A stretch of 63,079 bases of DNA, counting the filler, from Chrysochromulina tobinii (Eukaryota), in NCBI GenBank assembly GCA_001275005.1. It is 5 parts of 5 records of this genome, joined end to end, with 100 filler letters (N's around TTAATTAATTAA, not from the genome) between each part and the next. Parts side by side here need not be neighbours in the genome. Positions count along the whole stretch, not along the records: positions 18,170 to 36,975 come from JWZX01000068.1; positions 37,076 to 48,438 come from JWZX01000069.1; 3 more parts are not named here. One strand, 5' to 3'. Shown here in pieces: positions 32,637-43,777 of this stretch. Each line of letters starts with the position of its first letter. The first letter of the stretch is position 1. A program made the position numbers and the translations under genes. The notes below the pieces were generated by a model. That model was given only the letters and a program-made list of their open reading frames with translations, ran no database searches and had not been told where the DNA came from.

Positions 32637-34298
32637 CTAGCTGCTACGCACGCCCGCGGCCGATGCACCGCCGCGTACGTTCTCCGCGAGCATGGCCGCC
32701 TCCCAGCGGGCAATCTCCTCCCCCTGCGATGGGGTGGGCACCTCCGGCGGCTGCACGAGGTCCCACTCATCCCGCTCGCCGCTGCGCGCCCAAAGCCCGG
32801 CCTCGTGCAGCTCCTCGTCCGCCTCGCCCGTCCAGAGCGCGCACTGCGCTGCGTCGACCTCCCACGCGAGGCTGGGCGCCGTCAGCAGCTCGCGCAGCGT
32901 GTCGCGCAGCAGGAGCAGCTCCTCGGCAGTTGAGCGCGCGCTCGAAGCCGGAATGGCAGCTCCGGGGCATCCGGGCGAGGCAGGCGCCGGGGATGGCAAG
33001 GCAGGCGCACCCGGCGCACCCGGCGCCGGTGGCATCGGCGACACCGGCGCCGCCGGGCGCGCGGGCAGGTGTGCCAGGAGGTACTTGACGTTGGCGGCGA
33101 GGAAGGCGCGTGCCTGACGCACCTCGCTCGGCGGCGCGTCGCCCGGACTCAGGCGCAATGGCCGGTGGTCCCCCGGGTGCCACACGACGGACGTCGAACC
33201 TTCATAGATGAGCGTGTAAGGGAGGCGTAGCCCGAGATAATTGGCGAGCATCGTGAGCAGCAGCACTGCGTGCCCCAGGTCGCGCGCGAGCCGCTGGGCC
33301 GGCGAACTCACGCTGCCATCCACGCTGCTGCCACCGCCGCCGCCGAACTCGGCGCTACCGCCCATGCTGACCAGACCGAACTCGTGCGCCAGACCACTTA
33401 GCTGGCTGTGGAAGAGCTGGGTGGGTACCATATTAGGCAACTGAGTGGGTCCCGAAGAAAGGTGAGCGATCGACTGCGAGAGCTGCGCACTCAGTCCGGG
33501 CAGGTAACGGGTCGAGAGCGCTGTACCGAGCGCGCCCAGCGTCCAGCTGGCGCCGCTATCAGCAGCGGCGGCCTCTGCATCCTCGACTCCGCTGCCGCCG
33601 CTGCCGCCGCTGCCGCCGCTGCCGCCGCTGCCGCCGCTGCCGCCGCTGCCGCCGCTGCCGCCGCTTCCGCCGCTTCCGCCGCTGCCGGCCGCGCGTCCGT
33701 TGACCAGCGGCAATACGGCGCCGCTGCCGCGGCCCTGGAGCTCGTCGTGGATAGCCCTGCTGCTCGGCAGCTGCTCCGCCTTACTTGCCTTGAGCCGGAG
33801 CAGCTGCTCGTCGAGCTGCTCGTCCACACTTACGTCGCACCACACGTCGTCCTGGAGCGTGAGCAGCTCGTGGATCAGTGCGGCGCGGGCCGAGGTAAGT
33901 CCCTTGGCCGCAGCCGCTGTCGTCTCCGCCGTGGCAGCGGGCGTGGGCGCCCGCGGCGGCGCCTGCGGCTGCTCGCTGAGCCGTGTGCGGGAGCTCTGGA
34001 CTGCGTGGAGGAGCCCGTTGACGTCGTCCGCGAGACGACTTGACTCACGATGGATTCTGAAGAGCTCGCCGCTCAGATCGGCCATCAGCTGCCGATGCGC
34101 TCTGCGCGCCTCCCGCTGGCTGAGCAGGCGCGTCCGTGCAGCGATACCATCAGCCATCGCATGCTCCAGCTTGGCCTTCTCCGCGTGCGCAGCGCGCTCA
34201 AGGGCATGGCGCTCGGTGACGGCCTGCTGCACGCACGCGCAACAGAAGCGTGCCTGCGCGGCACGGCAGCCGTAGCAATCGGGCGGCATGGCTTGCAT
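32637..34298 (-). CDS. ATG14: ATG14/UVRAG-family class III PI3K complex subunit
   Basis: N-terminal CYGC...CCACV, a coiled coil, LGHAVLLLTMLANYLGLRLPYTL, and C-terminal EWDLVQPPEVPTPSQGEEIARWEAAM resembling the plant ATG14 tail. Confidence 0.78.
   Translation of the reverse strand: MQAMPPDCYGCRAAQARFCCACVQQAVTERHALERAAHAEKAKLEHAMADGIAARTRLLSQREARRAHRQLMADLSGELFRIHRESSRLADDVNGLLHAVQSSRTRLSEQPQAPPRAPTPAATAETTAAAAKGLTSARAALIHELLTLQDDVWCDVSVDEQLDEQLLRLKASKAEQLPSSRAIHDELQGRGSGAVLPLVNGRAAGSGGSGGSGGSGGSGGSGGSGGSGGSGGSGGSGVEDAEAAAADSGASWTLGALGTALSTRYLPGLSAQLSQSIAHLSSGPTQLPNMVPTQLFHSQLSGLAHEFGLVSMGGSAEFGGGGGSSVDGSVSSPAQRLARDLGHAVLLLTMLANYLGLRLPYTLIYEGSTSVVWHPGDHRPLRLSPGDAPPSEVRQARAFLAANVKYLLAHLPARPAAPVSPMPPAPGAPGAPALPSPAPASPGCPGAAIPASSARSTAEELLLLRDTLRELLTAPSLAWEVDAAQCALWTGEADEELHEAGLWARSGERDEWDLVQPPEVPTPSQGEEIARWEAAMLAENVRGGASAAGVRSS
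33590..33686. repeat. 9-bp coding microsatellite encoding (GGS)n
   Basis: CTGCCGCCG repeated about ten times inside the ATG14-like gene. Confidence 0.9.
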
Positions 34299-34452
34299 AA
34301 CGCTGCTCGACGGTCCGCGCGTCCGCTTTTCGTTTGCCCAGCCAGAACTCGAGCAGAAAAGGAAGTCAGCAGTTGAGGGAAGGAGCCCTTCCCTAATCAT
34401 GCTTGTCTAAGTTTGGACTTTTTCGCGCCCAAATGACAAAGGGGACCACAAA

Positions 34453-36930
34453 ATGTCCGCGTTCATGCTGCCGCCGACGCTCTTGGAGGCGTACCCGTTG
34501 GCCGCTCTAGACAGCGCCCAACTGCCCACGGACAAGCGGCTCGCCAAGTGGGTTGCCAGCGGCTCTGAACCCGAGCTCAGGCGGTTCAAAGGTTTCATCG
34601 ACGTCAAAAACTACGGCGACGCTGGAGACTGTGCGGGCGAGATTGCCGGTGGCTGGTACCGCGCACACTCGGACTACAAGTCTGAAGTGTTGTGGCGCCG
34701 CGCTGACGTGAGCTGCCAGATATTGCACCTGCGCCGACAACCCGATCTGATCTCCCGCAAGGGTTGCGACACGCTCATCAGAACGAGGCCGCACTCGCTC
34801 GTGGATGCACTGAACAGCCTCGCCGTCGCCGAGCGTGACGTCGCTGCCGAGGAGTCGGAGCTACCATGGGACGCGCGCGAGCGTCACTTTCGGCGAGCCG
34901 CCGAGGCCTACAAGCACATGCATGAGATGGCAGTGCGCTTCCTCTCTCACCCGAGGTTCGATGAGGCCGACCGGGACGGGGTGAGGGTGTACGCGCAAAA
35001 GGCTCTCTACGGTCTGGGGCGGCTTCACATGGACCTGGGCGAGTGCTTGGACGCGCAGCTTTCCGTGGAAGCGGACCCTGTGGGTAGCATTCGCCTCGAG
35101 CGCCGGCTGGAGGCGACGCTCGCGGCGGCGCGCGCCCTACTCCTCCAAGCGCATCAGCATGCGGAGAGCTTACCCTCGAAGCGCGCTGAGCGCCGTGTCG
35201 ATGCGCTCGTGCTGCTCGCGAATCTGCATCTTGAATGGGGTGAGCACGCCCATGCGCTCGGCTGCCTGGCGATCGCCGAGAAGCTGCAAGCACGCCTCCC
35301 CTCGAAGCTGGCTGCGGACGTGACTTACACAGTGGCCTCGGTCCTGCGCTCGCTTCGGCACTACACGGCCGGCGAGCTTGTGATCGCTGAGCCTCGCGTG
35401 GACGGCAGCAGCACTGTCTGGGCCTATCGTACGCAGCGGTACACCTCCGCGCAGGAGAAGGCCGAGGCGGCGATCTCGGCGATCGAGCTCGCATCGGAGG
35501 AGGAGAGCGGTGACGAAACCCTCAAGGCGCGCGCGGTGCACGACGCGTTTGATCTCGTCGTCCAGATTCGGCGCGAGGCGGGCGAGACGGAGGCGGCCGT
35601 GAGCGCCTCGCGCCGGCAAAAGGGGGTGCGCACCTTTGAGCTCTTGCCGGCCGAGCTGCGCCGCAAGCACGCCGACGGTCATCAGCGCCTCAAGAAGATA
35701 CACAAGAGTTCGGTGGCAGCCAAGGCGACGTACCATGCAGCCGCGCATGCGATCCGCGAGGCACTCGCACACGTTTCCGCGGCACGCGAAGCGTCCGCCT
35801 CCGCCTCCGCCTCCGCACCGTCCTCCCCGCCGCGTGAGAGCCTGCCCGAGCGCCGTCCCGAGCGCCTCAGGGCCGCTCTCGACGGCGCTCTCGACGCGGC
35901 ATGGGGGGCGGTGAAGGCCGAGTGCCTCGACGTCGAGATGGAGGCAGATCTCTCGGTGCGAGAGGTCGCGCTGCAAGCGCTCGCGGCGCTCTCGCACACG
36001 CCCCTCTGGCCGTCCGGTCCAGAGCAGTCGGCGCGGCTCGAGCGCCTGTGCCAGTGGCATGCGTTCATGGAGGAGCTGGGGGAGTTGGTCGGCAGCGGCG
36101 CACGGGTGGCTAACGCGCGCGCTTGGCTGGAGGCGGCACAGCAGCTCCACTCCGCGAAGGGCGAGGGGCAGGCGGAGACGGCCCGTGGCTTCTTCGCGCT
36201 CGCGAGTGCGCTTAGCGAGCAGGCGGATCGCACCGTGTGCCTCAGTGCGCTCGAGATGAAGACGGAGGCCGCCAAAGCCTTTGAGCAGGTGCTTCTGCTG
36301 ACCGACGATGAGAGCACGCGGCTGGACGCGTTGGATAAGCTTGAAGGGCTGCTTGGGACGATTGCGGCCAAGGATGGCCGGTGGGTCGAGATGGGGGAGC
36401 GCGTCCGGCAGGACCTTGCTGCCGAAGCAAGTCGACGGCTGGGCGAGCTTGAGGGGCTGTGTCATGGCCGCCTCGTCCGTCCCGGTGAAGGGTCGCTGGT
36501 GACACTCGAAGCGACTGAGGCCCTTGCCAGGCAGGGGCGCGCGGCTGTGGGGTCGGCGCCGACAGTTGCAGCGAAAGGAGCTGGTGCCAGCGGGCGGGCG
36601 GGACAGCGAGACCCGTTGGGGCTGCGCCGCGACAGCAACCCGGGTGCGCCACCCGATGGTGGCGCTGGCGCCCTCCGCTGCCGTAAGGGCCACCTGCTCA
36701 AGCGAGAGAGGGCCATGCGAAGTCTGAAATGCGACGTGTGCTCCCGACGCATCGATGCGGGGGTGCTCGCGTTCTCATGCCAGCCTTGTGACCACGACAT
36801 GTGCTTGGCGTGCGGCAATGTGCTGAAAGGAGCGCAGCGCCCGGCCACGCAGCCACTGATGAAGGCCATGGCGATGCGCCGAGAGGCCATGGAGGTCGAC
36901 AGCGGCAAGCATGGCAGATGCGAGGAGGAG

Positions 36931-36965
<35 letters not shown>

Positions 36966-36975
36966 GGAGGAGGAG
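34453..36975 (+). CDS. Helical (TPR-like) repeat protein with a ZZ-like zinc finger and poly-Glu, 3'-partial
   Basis: Ala/Leu-rich helical repeats and CRKGHLL...CDVCSRRI...FSCQPCDHDMCLAC. The ORF runs into the linker inside a GAG microsatellite. Confidence 0.7.
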
Positions 36976-37075
36976 NNNNNNNNNNNNNNNNNNNNNNNNN
37001 NNNNNNNNNNNNNNNNNNNTTAATTAATTAANNNNNNNNNNNNNNNNNNNNNNNNNNNNNNNNNNNNNNNNNNNN
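36976..37075. other. Artificial contig linker
   Basis: N/TTAATTAATTAA/N, 100 nt. Confidence 0.99.
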
Positions 37076-37394
37076 CCCCAAGGCCCCCAAGGCCAAGATG
37101 TTTAGGATTCCGAGAGTCCGAAGGTTGAAATTACATTTCCCCCCCTGTAATGTCACACAACCGGGGTATTATGGCGTATGCCGCACCGCACCGCCTCACC
37201 CGAGTACGTGATCCGCACCGCCTCACCACTCAGAGGAGACGGGATAATACCGGTACGTTCCACCTTCACAAAGTTCCAAGTTTCGGCAAAATGCTCCATG
37301 TCGGCGTCGTCGGTGCGTCGAGCGTCGGCTGGGCCATTTGCCAAAGTGACCCGTCGAGCGAATTCATTCATATGTTCCAGCTCCGGCAAACACG

Positions 37395-39074
37395 ATGAGG
37401 CCGTGCGAGGAAGAGGTCGAACAGGAAGACAGCGACGATGACTTGGGGTCAGAGGACTGCTCCAGCACCTACGACGCCCTAGCAATCCTCGTTTTCGTGA
37501 GCCTCAATGTCTTGATCGTGACTTGCTTGTTCTTCGCGGGAGCCAGTCACGACAGTGTTGTGAGCAATGATGCACTGCCACTCGGCAAACCGTTGCGCGA
37601 GTTTGCGAGTGCGCCGCGCCTCGTTGACATCGTTTACACTTGGGTCAACGGCAGTCAAGTGGAATTCCAGCACGCGCTGCGCAAGGCGACTTCGGAGGGC
37701 AGGCTGCCGTATGAACCAGACGTGTCCCGCTACCGCGACGACGGGCTGCTCCAGTACTCGCTACGCTCGCTTCTGCAAGCCGACGCGCTGATGCGCTCCG
37801 TTCGCCACGTGTACATTGTCTCTAGCGGCGAGGTACCCTCTTTCCTCCCCGCACATGCCTTTCGCCCCGTGGACATGACGGAGGCGTCGAGCACGGACCC
37901 GACGTGCGGCGCGGCCGTGGGCTTTACCCGCACGCCCATCAGCATGCATCTCAAGCCGCTGGTGGAGCGCAGCCGTCGAGGGCGCAGCGCCGGCGGCCCG
38001 ATCGGCGGCGGCGAGGAGAGTCGTTTGTTCGTTGTGCCGCACGCGGCGATCTTTCCGGACGCGGCGGCGGAGCTGCCCACGTTCAACTCGAATGCGATCC
38101 TGTGCTCGCTCCATCGGCTGCCGGGGCTGTCCGACTGGTTCATCTACTCGGATGATGACACCGTCATCACCCAGCACAACATAAGCATGGACGCGTGGTG
38201 GGATGCGACAAGGCACGCGCAGCGGCTCTACATGATCCGCGGGCACGGAGTGCACCGGCAGCGCCGTCGCGTTGCAAACAATTGGGAGCAGGCGATGACG
38301 TTCATGAGTGGGCTGCTCGACGACGTCACACCGGAGGACGCTTTTGTGGGAAAGCTAGGCGGCGCTGGATCGCGGCCGCCGCCCGGATCACTTCCACAGT
38401 CTGGATCGCGGCCGCCCGGATCACTTCCACAGTCTGGATCGCGGCCGCCGCCGCACAGTCCGCCGCCGCCGCCGCCGCCAGACCCTACGCGTAAGCGCCT
38501 TTGCGAGCCCGTACCACTCACGGACGCTCCTCCACTACCAGCCATGCCCCCAGTCAGCAACTCCACCGGCACGCCCACTGGCCGCGCCGCCACTGATGCC
38601 TCCTCTGCTGCAGCGCCCGCCACAGCGCTCGCCAAGCCCGCGAATCCACCGCCAGTCAGGCGCATGCGGTACTACGCGCGCCCGCAGCACATGCCAGTGC
38701 TCATGTCGCGCGATCTCATGCTCGAGCTCGAGCGACGCTGGGCCTCCGAATTTGTGCGCACGCGCCGCCACCGGCTGCGGCTCGGCGACGAGCTCGAGCT
38801 CAATTTCTTGTACCACCACTATCTCCGCGCCATGCGGCTGCCCGTCACCGCCTCCGAGCCGGGCCACGTAGCCTTCACGTACTCACAGCATTGTGCGGCC
38901 GAAAAGGGCAAGGCCCATGCATTCGAATGCAAGAAAGCCATCACCGACCCAAGGATCCACTTTGCTACTTTCAACGACGATGCATCCACGGAGACGGAGT
39001 TCAAAGCTGGCCTCGCCTCGCTCAACACGGTCTTGAATGCACGCTTCGGGACGTTCGATGATCATGCTCGGTAA
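37395..39074 (+). CDS. Stealth-family hexose-1-phosphate transferase, type II membrane protein
   Basis: N-terminal transmembrane helix; CR1 VDIVYTWVNGS; CR2 RYRDDGLLQYSLRS...PTFNSNAI...LHRLPGLSDWFIYSDDD; CR3 HMPVLM...TRRHRLR; CR4 FATFNDD. Confidence 0.9.
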   Translation: MRPCEEEVEQEDSDDDLGSEDCSSTYDALAILVFVSLNVLIVTCLFFAGASHDSVVSNDALPLGKPLREFASAPRLVDIVYTWVNGSQVEFQHALRKATSEGRLPYEPDVSRYRDDGLLQYSLRSLLQADALMRSVRHVYIVSSGEVPSFLPAHAFRPVDMTEASSTDPTCGAAVGFTRTPISMHLKPLVERSRRGRSAGGPIGGGEESRLFVVPHAAIFPDAAAELPTFNSNAILCSLHRLPGLSDWFIYSDDDTVITQHNISMDAWWDATRHAQRLYMIRGHGVHRQRRRVANNWEQAMTFMSGLLDDVTPEDAFVGKLGGAGSRPPPGSLPQSGSRPPGSLPQSGSRPPPHSPPPPPPPDPTRKRLCEPVPLTDAPPLPAMPPVSNSTGTPTGRAATDASSAAAPATALAKPANPPPVRRMRYYARPQHMPVLMSRDLMLELERRWASEFVRTRRHRLRLGDELELNFLYHHYLRAMRLPVTASEPGHVAFTYSQHCAAEKGKAHAFECKKAITDPRIHFATFNDDASTETEFKAGLASLNTVLNARFGTFDDHAR

Positions 39075-39303
39075 GCCCGATGGATGCCAGACTGGATGCA
39101 TGTAAATTCGAGAGCTTGAAATTTCCAAAATTCTCAAGTTGCGATGAGAACTTCTTCCAAAATTCTCTAGTTGCGATGAGAACTTCCTTTCATAGCATGC
39201 AATCGTGTGTCGAACTAAACCCACTGTCAAAGATTGTTTCACGCCAATTGCGACTGTCTCAGCTCTCTCGGGCTCGACACTGCCGCCGGGTTTGGGAACA
39301 TAT

Positions 39304-42300
39304 ATGCCGCAGGAGAGCCTGGAAGCACGGATAGAACGGGCCCAGCGGCGCCTCGCGGAGATTAGCCAAGCGAAGGCGTCGTCACCGCCTTCACCCAACG
39401 GCGGCGTGCCCAGTAGCTTAGAAGAGCGGCTGCTCAGTAGCTTAGAAGAGCGGTTGCTCGCCGCGATCAGTGCGTCGGAGGCGAACGTGTTGAGGCTGCT
39501 CCTCAGCGACGAGGGGGGCACGGTTCTGCCTTTCGTGTACGTTTCGCAGCTGCGCCACCTCCTGGCCGCCAAGGGTAGCGACGGCGGCGACGGCAGCATC
39601 AGCGGCGGCGGCCCCTTGACCGGCTGTTCGAACGGCGCTCTCATCGGCCCGTGCAGCCCGTCCGACCAGCCGACCTGGCAGAGGCTGCGACAGGCTACCG
39701 ATCCGCGTTCCTCAGAAGCCATGTCGTTCCGACCCGTGGCAGCATCTCCGCAAGGTGGCACCGACAGCCATTCCTCTCGTGCCTCCTCCGTCACGTTTCG
39801 CGTCTCCTCCCCTTCCACCAGCGATGCGGGCGACAGCGCCCACGGTGGGAGCGCGTGCGCCAGTTCTCAGAGCCTTTCGCCCCAGCTCGAGCGAGACCAG
39901 ACCAAGCGGCGGCTCCTCGGCCGCGTCGAGGAGGAGCCATCTGACGATCCGGGGCGTGAATGGGAACTCGTCGAGGGCGACCCAGACGTCAACGCGTTGC
40001 TCAAGGACGTGCGTGGGCGCATCGACGAGTACTACGTCAAGAATGCGCGCTACCAGCCGACGATAGCGGACTTCGAGGCTGAAGGGACGCTATACGTGCA
40101 ACTGATCAGCGCGACGGGGCTGGTCGCGGCAGACTCCAACGGCCTGTCCGACCCGTACTGCAAGCTGGACCTCGGCGGGCAGCGCCAGCGTTCGCGCAAG
40201 CTCTACGAAACGCTCGACCCGGTATGGCATAATGAGATCTTCACCTTCCCCGGCGTCCTCGGCCAACTAGTCAACGAGCCGCTGAAGGCGTCTGTGTGGG
40301 ACTTCGACTTGACCACCGCGGATGAACTGCTAGGCCAAGTCGACATCGAACTCGCCGACCACACGTACTGCAACGGGGTTCGGCGCGAGATCACCGCCTC
40401 TCTGGAACCGCAGGGCGATGTGCGCATCCAAGTCTGGTGGGAGCCCGAGGGCGAGGAGGACAGACCCAAGCAGGGCGGGACGCGAAGAAGCGGGCGCGGC
40501 CCGAACAAAGCGCCGAGCTCCATGTCACGCCTCAAGGCCTTTTTGCTCGAGCGCGTCATCCCGGAGAAATTCCAGACGCTCCACGGCTGCTGCGGCATGG
40601 TTTGCATCCCCGTGATGCACCCCGAATCGCGCTTCTGCTCGACCTGGAACGTGGTCCTAGCCTTCTTCATCCTGTACTGCGCCATCGCGGTGCCGCTCGA
40701 GATCGCCTTCGAGTCGGACATGGTCCGCGCCTTTTGTACCAAGCCGGAAGACCCCTTCGGACCACAAATATATCGCCAAGAATGCAATTCGTTCCAGCTA
40801 TGGTTCTGGCTCAACTTCGCCGTCGACGTGTGGTTCATCATCGACATTGTCGTCAACTTCCGCACTGGCTACATGCACGAGGGCCACTTTGTCAACGACG
40901 ACTGGCCTGTGATGAAAGCCTACCTGACGGGCGCTTTCGGATTGGATGTGGCGGGCACAATCCCGCTCGGCATCATACAGATGCTCACCAACCCGGACAA
41001 CCCGTTCGGCGACGAGCAGATCACGCAGATGAAGGTGGCGGCGGACGAAGCGGCGGGTGGCGGCAGCAGCAATTCCGCGCAATCCGCGCGGATGCTGCGC
41101 CTCATGCGCATGGCCAAGCTGACGAAACTCGCGCGCATGCGCAAGCTCGCTAAGGTGCTGGAGTCCTTCGAGGAATATCTCAACCCGAGCGTGCTCGCGG
41201 TCTTCAAGCTCGTCTTCATCTTGCTCTTCTGCTGCCACCTCTTCGGCTGCCTCTGGTGGATGATCTCCGACCTTGAGATCGCTGAGGAGTTGGACGGTGC
41301 GTCCAGCTACTCGTGGATGAACACGCCCTATTACGCCATCGGCTCGAGCGGCGATCACGGGTGGCACCCTCCCCACTGGCTCAAGAACGAGGCGAGTGTC
41401 ACCATGAAGTACATGCATGCCTTCTTTTGGGGCGCTGGCTTGGTCACCTCGCTCGGGCCTGGTGTCAATCCGGTCACCGTAGTCGAGTTGATCGTCACCA
41501 GCGCAATCATGTTTTTCGCTCTGATACTCAACGCCTTTGTCATCTCGTCGCTCAACCAAGCCCTGGGCTCGATGAACGCCAAAGCGGAGCTCACGGGCAA
41601 GCAGATCGCTGCGATCAAGTCGTACCTCACGATCAAGCAAGTGCCGAAAGTCCTGCGCGGGCGCATCCTTGAGTATTACCATTATGTTCTTGGCTCGTCG
41701 GCGGCGCTTGAAGACATGAACTTGTTCGAGTCGATGCCGACCGCACTCACCACGCAGCTCAGCCTGACCACGAACAAGCGGCTCGCCATGAACTGCACCT
41801 TCTTCCACAAGGTCTCGAACGAGGCGCTCGTGCTTCTCCTTCGCGGCTTCGAAGCTGTGGTCTTCATCCCGGCACAGCGGGTTGCCAAGCAGGGCATGGC
41901 ACTCAAGGCTGTCTACTTCATCAATCGGGGCATCGTTAAGATCTCGACGCACGACGGCACGGAGCGAACCATCTCGAACAACGAGAACCTTGGGCTCGAT
42001 GATTACTGGACGGGCAGCATCTCGAACGAACGCCCACAGTGCTCCGGGACCGCGGACGCCGTCACCTACTGCGACCTCATGTGCCTCGAGGTCAAGATCA
42101 TTGACAAATCGCTCGAGCGCGACAAGGCGTACCTCAAGAACGTAAAGGTGGCGCGCCGCGCTGCCGCCGCCGCACAGGCCGCCGCAAAAGCGGCAGCGGC
42201 GCGGCGCAAGTCCTCTAAGGGGGGTAAGAAGATGCCAAAGCTCAAGAAAGCGTCCAGCTCGTGGTTTGGCTCCAGCAATGGAGGCGGCATGGTCGGGGCG

Positions 42301-42645
42301 TTTCCCACCGTGAAGACGCTGTTGAAGCTGAAGAAGCACAGGGAGGCGAACTTACCGGAGCCCATGTGGCCTGTGAAGCATCCGCGCGGCAGTTACGAGG
42401 AGATTCTTGCCGTGAGCAGAGAGCTGGCCCAGGTTCTTCGGGAAATGGACAAGCAGACGCCCCCTATGGTACACTACAAGCTGCGAGAAGTGTTCCTCCG
42501 TGCGATGAACCGGATCGACTCCAATGGCTCTCAACACGGCAACAGCCCTCAACACGGCAGGCGTGGGCGCGCCAAATCTGGAGAGCTATCCGGTGGCAGC
42601 ACGACGTCGACGTCTTCGCCCACGGTTGTGGATCTTTCCGCATGA
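39304..42645 (+). CDS. C2-domain-containing six-TM cation channel of the CNBD (HCN/EAG/CNG-like) family
   Basis: C2 domain LYVQLISATGLVAADSNGLSDPYC...VWDFDLTTADELLG; S1-S3 HPESRF...WN, DIVVNFRTGY; S4 RMLRLMRMAKLTKLARMRKL; C-linker VPKVLRGRILEYYHY; CNBD VYFINRGIV...AVTYCDL. Confidence 0.88.
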   Translation: MPQESLEARIERAQRRLAEISQAKASSPPSPNGGVPSSLEERLLSSLEERLLAAISASEANVLRLLLSDEGGTVLPFVYVSQLRHLLAAKGSDGGDGSISGGGPLTGCSNGALIGPCSPSDQPTWQRLRQATDPRSSEAMSFRPVAASPQGGTDSHSSRASSVTFRVSSPSTSDAGDSAHGGSACASSQSLSPQLERDQTKRRLLGRVEEEPSDDPGREWELVEGDPDVNALLKDVRGRIDEYYVKNARYQPTIADFEAEGTLYVQLISATGLVAADSNGLSDPYCKLDLGGQRQRSRKLYETLDPVWHNEIFTFPGVLGQLVNEPLKASVWDFDLTTADELLGQVDIELADHTYCNGVRREITASLEPQGDVRIQVWWEPEGEEDRPKQGGTRRSGRGPNKAPSSMSRLKAFLLERVIPEKFQTLHGCCGMVCIPVMHPESRFCSTWNVVLAFFILYCAIAVPLEIAFESDMVRAFCTKPEDPFGPQIYRQECNSFQLWFWLNFAVDVWFIIDIVVNFRTGYMHEGHFVNDDWPVMKAYLTGAFGLDVAGTIPLGIIQMLTNPDNPFGDEQITQMKVAADEAAGGGSSNSAQSARMLRLMRMAKLTKLARMRKLAKVLESFEEYLNPSVLAVFKLVFILLFCCHLFGCLWWMISDLEIAEELDGASSYSWMNTPYYAIGSSGDHGWHPPHWLKNEASVTMKYMHAFFWGAGLVTSLGPGVNPVTVVELIVTSAIMFFALILNAFVISSLNQALGSMNAKAELTGKQIAAIKSYLTIKQVPKVLRGRILEYYHYVLGSSAALEDMNLFESMPTALTTQLSLTTNKRLAMNCTFFHKVSNEALVLLLRGFEAVVFIPAQRVAKQGMALKAVYFINRGIVKISTHDGTERTISNNENLGLDDYWTGSISNERPQCSGTADAVTYCDLMCLEVKIIDKSLERDKAYLKNVKVARRAAAAAQAAAKAAAARRKSSKGGKKMPKLKKASSSWFGSSNGGGMVGAFPTVKTLLKLKKHREANLPEPMWPVKHPRGSYEEILAVSRELAQVLREMDKQTPPMVHYKLREVFLRAMNRIDSNGSQHGNSPQHGRRGRAKSGELSGGSTTSTSSPTVVDLSA

Positions 42646-42811
42646 GTCTTTATACTTTAGATTCACCATGTTAGATACGCGCGTGTTACTCAGAAACTAA
42701 AACAAAAGTCAAAGTGCACGTTTGACGTTACACACTCACGCCCACTGGAGTAAGTGTTAACCGAACCGTCCTCCGCGCAACCATCAGGTGCACACCCCGA
42801 CCTTCTGCGTC

Positions 42812-43777
42812 TCACTTCAAGTTGCAGCGCTTCTGCCAGCCGCGGCAGTTGTCCGGCCAAAAGCCGCTGATACAGCACGTGTCCTTCCACTCGCCATCCA
42901 CCCCACGCTTACGCCACAGATGCGTCCCGCTCGTCCCGACACTCCCGCCCACATGCTTCATCGTTGGCCCCATGGCCTGCGCCATGGTCACGCCGTGGCG
43001 CGACGTGTGCAGCCTCGTGTCCGTGCCGTTGTGCTCGTGAACGCCCGCCTCGTCACCCTCCTCAAAGGGGCTCTGCTCGACGAGGAGTCCTCCAGGGCGC
43101 AGCGCAGCCACCATCGCCGCCACCGTGCGCTCAAAGTGTGGCACATGCTCGAGCACGTCGAAGGCCAAGATGGTGCCAATCTTGCCGTGGAGTGGGGAGC
43201 TTGGCTTGAAGGCGGCCAGCGGGTCGAGCTTCCAGTCGCCGCTCACGTCATACGGCGGCAGCACACGAAAGCGGTCGGGTCCGAGGCCTCGTCGTGCGGC
43301 GCGGTACTGCGCGAACGACGCCTCCAGCACTGACAGGCCCGCGTACACGTACGGCACGCGCGCGTTCATAGCGAGATACAGTCCGTTGTTGGCGACGCCG
43401 GGAGAAAATTCGAGGATTGGCCCTTCGGCACGGAGATGCTTGTGCTTGGCGCGGCCGCGGAGCAGTGGCTCGACACCATGCCATGCCAAACCGAAGAGGT
43501 AGTCGACGGACGACCTATAGTACCAAGCGAGCTCTCGACTAGAGGAAGGGTCCCAAAACGCATGCTCGGCCGCGTAGTGGAAACGCCCTTGTCTGCGCAG
43601 GCGTGGTAGAATCTCGTTTGGCTGCATGCCTGTGAACCCGACGAGATCGTTGAGCACATCGAATCGGTCTGCCGAACGGAGGGCTTGCTGCAGGACTTGC
43701 TCGTCCACAAGCTGGATGCCGTGCCAGCTGTGCGAGTTGAACGCGGCTCGAGCATGTGCGAGGGTGCGGTTGCTCAT
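42812..43777 (-). CDS. Class I SAM-dependent methyltransferase-like protein
   Basis: ILEFSPGVAN (motif I-like), ILAFDVLEHVP and LRPGGLL. Confidence 0.75.
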   Translation of the reverse strand: MSNRTLAHARAAFNSHSWHGIQLVDEQVLQQALRSADRFDVLNDLVGFTGMQPNEILPRLRRQGRFHYAAEHAFWDPSSSRELAWYYRSSVDYLFGLAWHGVEPLLRGRAKHKHLRAEGPILEFSPGVANNGLYLAMNARVPYVYAGLSVLEASFAQYRAARRGLGPDRFRVLPPYDVSGDWKLDPLAAFKPSSPLHGKIGTILAFDVLEHVPHFERTVAAMVAALRPGGLLVEQSPFEEGDEAGVHEHNGTDTRLHTSRHGVTMAQAMGPTMKHVGGSVGTSGTHLWRKRGVDGEWKDTCCISGFWPDNCRGWQKRCNLK

